Below, one piece after another: positions 54,073-64,000 of a stretch of DNA of 64,000 nucleotides. Position 1 is the stretch's first letter; each line of letters begins with the position of its first letter. The DNA lies in the NCBI GenBank assembly GCA_951406725.2, contig OX597816.1:35464001-35528000 (forward strand), in the 5' to 3' direction. The notes below the pieces were generated by a model. It searched no databases. It saw nothing but the letters and a program-made list of their open reading frames with translations, and had not been told where the DNA came from. The DNA comes from Octopus vulgaris (Eukaryota). The position numbers and the translations under genes are program-made.

Positions 54073-55986
54073 TGTGTGTGTGTGCGTGTATGTGTGTTGT
54101 GTGTGTGAGCGTGTGTCTTTATAAATGTTAATATATACATCAACTTTAATACATACATAAACTGAGCAATACATTTTTTTATACATACTTTTTGACAAAA
54201 CAACCAACGTGATTTTTGTATATTATCTATGATCGACGTATATATAAATTGCAAAAGAATATCCTCGAATAATGTAACCGGTTTACGTTGATTGATATAC
54301 ATGCTACAAGAATTAATATGGTCATTAAATAGCAGTTGTAAAGGAGTTAATCGCTGTTATCGTTTGTTTTAGTTTAGAGACGATCAATCTACAACAATTG
54401 TATAAAGTTTGTATTCTTATTAAGGCATGCCATGTTATCTAGTGGATCTATGTTTCTATAGAGCAGAATATCATTTAAAAAGCAGAAAATCGCTAGACAA
54501 TAGTTAGCGACGTCAATCTCAGATTCATCAAAGCAAATTTATTAGTTCTTTGATTAAAAGTATATTTAATATCTTTGCCTCTAAATTAGCATTTAGATGG
54601 TTCCTGTCAATGACAGAGAGAAAAGGTATTGGAAAGCTTGGTTGGAAGTAAATTTGCTATAACATTCCCCTTGACCAGATCTATTCATTATATTCTGCAT
54701 TGTTCTGTGTATTGTCCAAAGAAACGTTTCGGAAATTGTTATTTAAAACAAATGTATACTTTAATCATTTGAATATATTATAATGAACATACAACTGGAT
54801 TGCATGAGAAAGCCATCACAAGTCTCTCTCTTCTGGTTGAGAGTGTCATGGGTTTTTACGTAGGCATATCTTAACACATGTAAATTACAATAAAACTGTA
54901 AATACAAAACGCTTATACTAATTGTTAAGCAATCAAGACAATTGTGATTTTATATCCGATGCAAATGAAATGAGTTCAAATGTGCATAGCCTCGATAATA
55001 ACAAGCTATGCATTCTGTATGCAGCTGCATTTAAATGCATTATTAATTTTCTGTAAGAAAATAATTTCTGGATATTTTGGAAATGAGAAATAAGTGATTT
55101 ACAGGCATTCGTTTTAGTTCTTTTGTTTTTTTATTTCCTCGTTGGTATGATTTGCCTGTCATAATATTATATGAAATACAATAATTCACCTATTTATCCT
55201 AGTTAAGGAGACGATAATACAATATATTTTATTTCAAAAGATTACAGTTCAATTTAATGCGCAACAAAATCATTTGTAAATTATCTAAAGATATTTAACA
55301 GCAACGCTGTAAAGTATCCCCCATCATACATGAACTTACATTGCTTGTGGAGTCACACCTGAGTTGAGGAATTCACTAACTCTCATTCATGAATAAAGAG
55401 ACACAAGGCTGCAATAAGCCTCTTATCGAACCAACAGCACTATCGTAAGATCACTATTTAGATAAGAAGTATGAATTTTTAATTCACATTTCTTAGACGT
55501 AATTTCAATACATATGTTGTATGCGTAGTTTATAAGATTAAAGATTAATCCTGGTAGAATTTGAACTCAGATTATCTTGGGGCATACAGCTAGGCATGTC
55601 CTCGGATCTTGGCGGTTTTCTTAATCCTCACAGATTTACATGAAGCAACCTTTATATGTCTACATTGAGATGGTAAGTCCTGAATGTCTTGTTTTCCATA
55701 TTGTAACACATATTTCCGTGAACACGAAAGAATAGAAAATAACCACTTTTGCGTGAAAACCATATGCATATTTTAACGCGTAGAGTCAAGAACTTAAACC
55801 CATTTACAATAGGATTGATGAAAAAAAATAAATATTTGCCTAACAACAAAGTATATATGTTTGTGTGTGTGTGTGTGTGTGTTTGTACAAGAATGTGTTT
55901 CGCACTTCCTAAAAGAATAGCGATCTATAAATGTCACAGTAATTGTCGAAGCAGATATAATACTTGCACTAATATGAAACAGAGTC

Positions 55987-56021
<35 letters not shown>

Positions 56022-56025
<4 letters not shown>

Positions 56026-57010
56026 CACATGCGTCGGCTGAAAAGTGTATAGTTTCACCAAGATAGTCTCATGGAAAGCATCTCGGTCAGCAGACATGAT
56101 GTCATCATCACTGCCAAACTGATTCACATCAAAGTGTTCTTTTCGTGTTGAGGAACAGATGATTCTCAGATGCGTTCAAATCAGAACAGATGGAGTGATC
56201 AATCATTTCAGAGCCACAGTTTTCTTGGGCGTTTGCTTTTCATAGCCTTCTGTAACAGCCTCATCAATTTGGAATCGTACATTCTATTTATTGTGTGTTC
56301 CTCTTGAACATAGTTAAATAAACACCAATGCAAGCTTGTGCCCCCCCCCCCCCAAAAAAAAAAACATCATTTTTACTGCAGATTGTTTCTTTGCCTCGGG
56401 CACAAAATGATGAACTCAAACTCTCATCCTAGATAAGGAAACGTTCGAGGAAACCTGCTTGAACTGCCTCAAGCAATGTCAGATTTCTCTTGTGAGCTTC
56501 CGGTCAATCGGCAGAAGTCGAGGCACACTTCATTATGACAAGTCCTCGTGCAGAATATTCTCACCGCTTTCTCGGGTTAGCTTTGGCTTTTTGATTTATA
56601 ATCAATTACCTGTTATTCATCACTATTTGGTGAACACTATCAATGCTGTCGTCGGTGCATTCAGTTACAACACGAAATTGTCATGTTCAATACTCTCCCT
56701 TTCCCCCCCTTAAATTCAGCTGTCCATATTTGCACTGTTCATAAATCTATAGCGCTATCGCTAAATTTAACAAGCATATCAGCATGAAAGTTTTTGGGGT
56801 CACACTTTTTTTTCTGCAGGTACTTCACAACACGATGCCAAATTTTGTAATTTTCATAAGCCGCTACTAGTTACGTTTGACGCCTTCTTTTATCAGAGAG
56901 ATTTCGACTGTTTACTCGGATGCAACCGATGCAGTTATTAATAAGATGAGTTGAAATCAATGCATCCAAGATTTCACTACTTTACGATCACTGTTTCATA
57001 ATTAGTCTAT
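56022..57010 (-). mobile_element. Mariner transposon relic (internally deleted)
   Basis: Reverse complement encodes IWHRVVKYLQKKSVTPK (about 56790-56845) and WTAEFKGG/RESIEHD (about 56680-56727). The left end resembles a mariner TIR (..GGCTGAAAAGT). Confidence 0.7.
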
Positions 57011-57245
57011 ATATATAGGGTACAACAATATTTAAGGGCACAAAAGCTAACATGGATGTATGTCGAAAGAAGAAGCCGAATAAGTCCTACCACTTCACAT
57101 ATTCAATCGAGGTTGAAAGCGTGATAGCACACTGACTACAAATTCATAGAATAATTCAAATTGATCAATTTCTGGATTAGTTTAGTTACTCTTCATTCAT
57201 CAGCAAGACATACTAAGCGAAATAAATGAATATATTTATACTTAC

Positions 57246-57341
57246 CCTCAGAAAAGCATTCGCAAAATGGGAGTACATACAAATATTCACAAATATATAC
57301 GCTTCCAATTTCGCAGTCCACCTCAACACGTGTGTGAATAT
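57246..57341 (-). CDS. Candidate exon (96 bp, phase 1-1): xIHTRVEVDCEIGSVYICEYLYVLPFCECFSE(G)
   Basis: Acceptor CTCTGCCACTTCAG and donor AGG|GTAAGT. Phase-compatible with 49315-49436. A second frame is also open. Confidence 0.55.
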
Positions 57342-57690
57342 CTGAAGTGGCAGAGGAGTTTCATAGATTCTGAGAGATCGCAGACAGCTTAAGTATCGAG
57401 GTCAGCAGTTATACTACATACACATTTAGAAACATATATGTGTATTTCTATCGGTGATACACTTAGTTGCATCATAACACAAATATGATTTTCATAATTT
57501 TGTAATTGTGCCATTTAGATTTCGAATATTATGTGCACCATTTTCTCGTAATGGTTTAGTGTAATATGTTACATTGTGATTTAATACATTAAACATGAAA
57601 ATTTATGCTATTTTGATACCTGAAAATGGTAACTCGCGTTACGTAGGAAAATCACTGCACCTGTCAGTTGCTCTTCAAATTCCTACTTAC

Positions 57691-57726
57691 ATAATTGCAT
57701 TCGACATTTCAAGCACGGAAACGTTT
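57691..57726 (-). CDS. Possible upstream exon: xTFPCLKCRMQL(Y), or a first exon starting at MQL (ATG 57698-57700)
   Basis: Donor TAT|GTAAGTAG at 57691/57690, phase 1. The acceptor (AAG) is weak. Confidence 0.3.
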
Positions 57727-58078
57727 CTTAAGTTGATTATGAAGTGTGATCAAAAGCTATCAGTTTACTTCTTTTTAGTATTTCTCGCATTCTAAAGTGA
57801 ACCAATACAATTACTATTCGATTTGGTAGTTTTTAAGTTACAGCTAAATTCATCTTACTTCACGAAATATCTAATACGTTTTCTAATCATAAGTATCGTG
57901 TAATAAGTAAATGATTGCAGCCTCAAGCGAAAGTACCTTTCTTCCAAGCAAAGTACCATAGCGATAAATGAGTATTATATTTCTATCTAAATAACACTCA
58001 TTTGTATTCCGCTTCCAAAAATTTAAATGTCTATCCTTTCGTTCGATTTTATTTTCTTTCTAATATATACTGAGATGA

Positions 58079-58224
58079 TTCCGTCTGTCTTTACGTTCCG
58101 AGTTCAAATTCCGCCGAGGTCGACTTTGCCTTTCGTCCTTTCAGGGTTGATAAATTAAGTACCTTTTGCATACTGGGGTCGATCTAATCGACTGGCCCCT
58201 TCCCCTAACCCTAATTTCGGGCCT
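58079..58224 (+). mobile_element. SINE family A, headless copy with the alternative tail
   Basis: Starts at TTCCGTCTG; B-box and central domain intact; tail GGGCCTTGTGCCTAGAATAGAAAAGA. Confidence 0.85.
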
Positions 58225-58248
58225 TGTGCCTAGAATAGAAAAGAACAG

Positions 58249-58960
58249 ATATTGAGTTGGCCAAAATATCAGTTCGATTTTTGGCGACGCTGAACGTCAT
58301 GCATCAAATACTAGCAAGTAGTTAACATAGGTTTGCACATTTTCCGTGGGCACTCATTAGATACTTGTCCCTTCAACGTAATTCGAGGCTAAATCTGTGA
58401 CAAGAAGGGTTGTATTTGGCTTACTTATAGTTACACTGAAAACAGAGGGCGAGACGAACGTTAGCGACACCGCATGCTTTTCTGTTTAAAAAAAATGGTA
58501 AGCAAGAAGTCATAGAATCGTGCAGGAAGATATGCACTGTCTATGGAAGGAATGCTGTTCTGGAAAGTGTATTCCAGAATTGGTTTTCAAGATTTCGATC
58601 AGGAGACGTTTCGCTTCAAACCCCTTTTAAGCCCAGGATTATTGCATATATTTATCATATATCAAAATCGAGTTCTGAAAAACCATGTGTCAACTTGATT
58701 ACGTCACCGCCCTTGACGATTGGGACCTTACCGTGTCCAATCGAATTCCATCTGCCATTTATTTGCAGAAATATGAAAAAAAAACATCCTGTCTTTCAAG
58801 AGAATATTGCCAAGTACAAAAGATGAAATGTCTATAACAATATTTGGAGTCAAAACAATCAGAGGAGGAGCGGTGGACCACCACAAACAAATTCGAAACT
58901 AAAGCTTTACCAAAAGAAGACTAAATATTCTATATAGTAGAACCTTTATTTCAACAAATT
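58249..58960 (+). mobile_element. Mariner transposon relic
   Basis: TIR-like ATTGAGTTGGCCAAAA. Encodes RHRMLFC, ICTVYGRNAV and QNWFSRFRSGDVSL (HTH region). Right boundary approximate. Confidence 0.75.
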
Positions 58961-60597
58961 TCTGATAGCAAATAAGTTACCTGTTGACACTGCGGAACGT
59001 GTTGCATTCTGACAATTTAAAGAGAAACTTAAAAGTACCAATCTACAGTGGAGCGGCTGGTCTGTGAAAGTTATGGGCACAGCCCCAACAGCCTGATTCA
59101 GTAAATGAAGGATATGTTATATCATTTGCGACTATTTTATCATTTACGTTGCATTACGTCTCCACATCTGTCTTTCATAGGAATAATTTAAATATAAAGC
59201 CAATCACGTTGCCCTCCTTTTTATTTGGAAACTAAATGCCATCAGTTATCATATCAATAAACAATAAAAAGAATTGATGCAATGTTTTGTGCGAAGTTTT
59301 TTGCTTTTCATCAGCCAGAAAATGAAGACGAACGCAATTTTGGCTATAGTTGCGTGCATGATGTAATTTCGAATGTTCGTCGTTGCAATATTATTGTACT
59401 ACTATATAGTTTACATTACTGAGGGCAATGATAATATGTACTCAGTAATATTTGCTGGTCCTTTAAATTACTACAATTCTTAACTCAGGAAGACAGATTA
59501 TATGTGTACATACTGAAGAATAGAATTCATGTTCACTCAATAAGAGATACACTGATGAAGTGATCTTTATATATCTAAAACATGTTTTGCCTCCTGAAAA
59601 TATTATACGTTCAATAGTAATCTCATACATATTCCATTTGAAATAAGAGGGTTCAAATGTACAGGCGTTTCACTCTTTCAATATTGGACGTTCTTTTCTG
59701 ATAGTCGTAGCTAACAGTTCATTCAAAATGCTTATGAGACTTCTCTGAAACGTCAAAGAATTTCGATGAAACTGAAACAAACTGCATCGTAACATACGAA
59801 ATAAGCTTCCGTACCAACATTATGATCATGCATAGTATAATCATGATATGTTATTCTCATTATAGTCAGACACACAAACGATAAATAATTGTGTGCATTT
59901 CGTATAACACACATTTTGAATAATTAGAAGTGTTCTATCCTTCTAGCTATTTTGCAAATTATAGTTGCAAAACGAAATATGAAACATTCGATATCTGGCA
60001 CAGATGTATGAATAATAATTATAATATATACTAAAATACCGTTTTGTCTTAAAGTCTATAAAACTATTAAAACGTTTACGGAAACTTATCCGTTTTGGCC
60101 TTTTATTATATTTATATTGTATATTTTTATTTATTTAGCTTTTTACAGATTTCATTTTATATATCATTTCACAGTTAACACTATCAACGGGAGATCAGTA
60201 CTACATTTAAGACACGTAAGAGGAATGGGTTGATGTCGAGCATAGAGAGTCAGGTGTTAAGTCCCGAGAATCTGCTCAGAATTTTTTAACTCTCTGACAG
60301 ATTCCAATAGGAATAATGCTGTGGACCATTCAGATTGCACATAGAAAATGTCTTAGGCTGGTGGACATCAATTGTGCAAGCTATCATACAGAATCAACAA
60401 TTTGCAATATGCTTGGTCGCTCTAGATATGACCACACAGAGCATCTTGTTCCTGGAATATGAATGCATTTTCCTGGCGCCCAAATATTAAAGATACATTG
60501 CCGAATTAGTAAAGAAACAGTTGACAGACAAATTTAAAAAAAACTTCAGTGGCAGGTGATGGTGCGCCTTCAAAAGTGATGGAAATATATTAAGTTG

Positions 60598-61091
60598 GTA
60601 ACAAGTAAGGAAACTACTAGAGGCACGCCGACCGACGTGCTAGTACCGGGAAAGACCTCTGATTATTGGTTTAACTGAAACCCGAGTGTTGTCGCATGAA
60701 AGCTAAAGCGTGTGCGGCGTAATACAAAACTGTCCGATTAGCCCAATGGCTGGTGGTATGACGTGGCAACTAAGCAACATTCAGGTAGTTAGTACATCGA
60801 GATTGGTGCATGGAACTCGCTTACAGGTAGATACGTCTGTCTTTGAAACAGATATACGTGGGAATGTGGGGAGTGGGCGTTGAGTGAAAGACGTAAGTGG
60901 ATATCTTGACAGCCTACAGTCGTACCAGGAGACATTTGGTCTACCAAATGTCAATAAAAGAAACCAAGTTCTGAGAAACTCAGTGTGAATTCGAAAGGTG
61001 CAAATTGCCTGATTTAGCTGGTCTGATCTTCGAGGTTTTTGTTCCATAATCCTTTTTAGATGACCCCCACCTCTGGCAGTAGAGCGTAACA
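60598..61091 (+). mobile_element. Possible solo LTR
   Basis: GC-richer island of about 490 bp with AATAAA near 60954, ending ...GTAACA. No TSD and no second copy. Confidence 0.3.
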
Positions 61092-61589
61092 AATCCTAGT
61101 ACTGTGCGTAGTAAAATGGTCAAATTGCTGAGAAAAAATGTCCATGACTCTTAACTCGGCTAAAAATAATTTCATGAACATTTTGTGCTAATAAAGAAAA
61201 GATGTCTTCCAACTTGATCCTAATAATCAGAAACCTTAAATTGAATTTGTTTGAAAGAAATCAACAATAAAAATATTATAACTAAATTTAAACCCATACT
61301 TGATAACAGGAGAACCTTTAACCACTAGATTTGTAAGTAGAAATACTAAAGTGAACCCGCAAATCTCAAATGCGACGTTCAAAGAACTGTGTAAGCATAG
61401 TTATAACAAAAATTTCAGCAAAGCATAGACAGCCATCATGACACCAGCTTCTCTGTTGGAAATCATTACTGTTGTGATATGAAACAATATCATTCAGTCT
61501 AACGGAGCTCATTGGCACAAATGAATTTTTAAACGGTGCTAACAATTTTAAGGCATCGGACTCGAGTGCTTGTTATAGAATATCTAATT

Positions 61590-61986
61590 TATCTTCTACT
61601 CTAGTCACAAGGCCCGACACTTTTGGGGAGGCGACCACTCGATTAGATCGATCCAACACGCAACTGGTACTTAATTTATCAACCCCCAAAGGATGAAACG
61701 CAAAGTTGATCTCAGCGGAATTTGAACTCAGAACATAAAGACAGAAGAAATACCTATTTCTTTACTACCCACAAGGGGCTAAACACAGAGAGGACAAACA
61801 AGGACAGACAGACGGATTAAGTCGATTATATCAACCCCAGTGCGTAACTGGTACTTAATTTATCGACCCCGAAAGGATGAAAGGCAAAGTCGACCTCGGC
61901 GGAATTTGAACTCAGAACGTAAACACTGGCTAAATAACGGCAAAGCATTTCGCCCGGCGTGCTAACGTTTCTTCCAGCTCGCCGCC
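61590..61986 (-). mobile_element. SINE family A dimer with a 13-bp TSD
   Basis: TSD TTGTTATAGAATA at 61570-61582 and 61987-61999. Junction at about 61753. Confidence 0.9.
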
Positions 61987-62959
61987 TTGTTATAGAATAC
62001 ATCATATCAAAGATACGATACACGCACATTTCCAAACCATCAACGTCATAAAAATGTAAAACCTATAAAATCTAACAAGAACCCTAATGTATACTACCAA
62101 AACGACATTACAACATTTTTAAATGTTATGGGCAAAGAAACATTGAAATTATGCTTCGTAAACAGTATTATGATAAAGCAAATACTCCTAATAAAAGGAA
62201 TATGTCTCATATACAAAGTCGATGTATTGAAAACTACTAAGGTGAATGAAATAAAACATAAAATAATATTATAATGGGGTTAATAATTATATTACAAATC
62301 AATTGAATTACAATAAACGTAAATAAAAAATAATATCATATGAAAGAATAACCTTCCTGACACAGGCGTTTTTTTTATATAGAAATTTTGCACAGTTAAC
62401 TTATGTTGGGAATTGAATATTATTAAAACATAAATCCATAAGCGTAGAAGAAATTCTAGACCGTTACAGACGTTAAAATTTTGCATAATATAAGCAATCA
62501 ACTAAATCACAACATCGCAACCTATGACTCCACAAATATCATAACATGTTCTAGATTTCATTTTATATTGCCCTAATGTTACTTAAAGTATAAAACGAAT
62601 AAAATTTCATTGGACATGAAGAAAATTGACGATCACATTAACGTAACTAACTTCTTACAGGGACCATCTCAATGATCAAACTGTTGTTTCAACAAATTAA
62701 TTTAAATGTACAATACTAGCCATGCAGTAAGTAGAGTTGGTGCTAAATGCACGGATACATTCAGATGGCGATCTTTGGCAAGAAATCAGAGCAAGAAATC
62801 ATGTTACTTAAAATCATAAATACACTGGGCATCTTGGGTTATTCCTCTTGAACATTTAAAAATTATGAATAAATAGCACTATTTTCATAATACACATACA
62901 CACACATACACTCAAACAAACACATAGACAAACACCGACACAGACACACACGTATCAAT

Positions 62960-63556
62960 TTGACCGACCAGTGTCTGATGTCACTTTGAATCCGCTGGCC
63001 TCAGCATTCCCTCCGTTCCGCTTTACATCTGATCCTCCTCAATTGCGGTCAAACTATTCAGTTTATAAGATCAATCAATCTCAGTGGATATCGTCTGAGT
63101 AATCGTTTCCGTTTTCGCGGGTTCCACTCAGCAACTGGAGGGCTCCACTGATAGCCAGGTTGGCATATAACATATCGAGCTCATCTAAGCGTGTTCAGAC
63201 AGTATTCATCCTTCACTCCCGTTCTTTCTCTAATCTGGTTGATTCTGACTCAATTGCTCGAGTAGGAGCACATCATCGACGTTTCCATGGCTCTTGGCGC
63301 AGTTATTTACGGTCGTTCTTCCTTATTCTTTGTCTCCCAATCCATTGAGCATGGAGGTATAACCGTACTGTCGAAGAGGTCTGTTCACGAGTGGCTTTGT
63401 CAAGATCGCTGATTTGAAGGCTCTGTAACCTAATCTTATTCTCCGCAAAGTCTCATTATTTATGTTGAGTCCCACGGTTATAGCTTCGTCGAGATACACG
63501 TAACTTAGACACCACTTGTTTTCATCACCTCCAACTACAACTTGATCGGGTTTCAC
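62960..63556 (-). mobile_element. Decayed RTE-clade LINE 3' RT fragment
   Basis: YVYLDEAIT....NNETLRRIRLGYRAFK (YxYLG...EIxRRI...W.AF motif), then MExxML- and GHxAR-like remnants. Confidence 0.7.
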
Positions 63557-63840
63557 GTACCTATTACATTATATTCTACTATACACACGTCGCCTTGTTT
63601 ACAATATAATTCGTCTCGACCTGTTACTATTTCTTTAAACATATCCGTTAGATATTTATTTATGATATATTTATACTTATAACAATATCATGCAATTATT
63701 ATTTTTATATTCGTATTATCGATCTGGCTGTTTTTTTTATAAATATTATGAATATTAGAAATCCTTTTTCTCTCTTTTTCGATCGCTAAGAAAGTTTGAA
63801 TTGTTCTTTTTGAACTTATTTTTTCTCATATATCCATAAA

Positions 63841-63844
<4 letters not shown>

Positions 63845-63920
<76 letters not shown>
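63845..63920. repeat. (TG)n microsatellite inside a SINE B remnant running off the right edge
   Basis: Followed by TACGACGGGTTTCTT..., as at 51901. Confidence 0.8.
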
Positions 63921-63922
<2 letters not shown>

Positions 63923-64000
63923 TGTGCGTGAGTATATGTGTATACACATAAATGTATACGACGGGTTTCTTGCACCCTCAGTCTAACACATCCGTTCACA

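Noticed and set aside
60190-60560. Possible L1/Tx1 C-terminal zinc-knuckle remnant (EHL/FLE)
   Set aside because: Requires frameshifts and rests on a single weak motif.

Overview
AT-rich, microsatellite-dense eukaryotic DNA that is almost all intergenic or intronic. The SINE families, TTAGGG repeats and abundant (TA)n tracts suggest an octopus or other coleoid cephalopod (inference). Most of the ORF track is microsatellite noise. Recognisable content: two decayed Penelope-like retroelement (PLE) segments (RT at 1-2180; GIY-YIG endonuclease plus pseudo-LTR at 6850-8290), a Chapaev3-type DNA transposon (19735-22559), three mariner relics, two RTE LINE fragments, three tRNA-derived SINE families, probable solo LTRs, a TTAGGG-carrying MITE with an 8-bp TSD, and a candidate spliced minus-strand gene for a small Cys-rich protein (about 47.4-57.7 kb). 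The most striking pattern is a set of short, non-coding, mutually unrelated modules embedded in (TA)n tracts. They are arranged as tandem and/or fold-back inverted repeats, and most carry a type I hammerhead ribozyme (about 10 intact or decayed cores, including long-stem-II and core-variant forms). This looks like a (TA)n-targeted PLE / retrozyme-like system. A second oddity is two SINE dimers 40 kb apart that share an identical tail-to-internal-hairpin junction. All calls were made by eye, without database searches.
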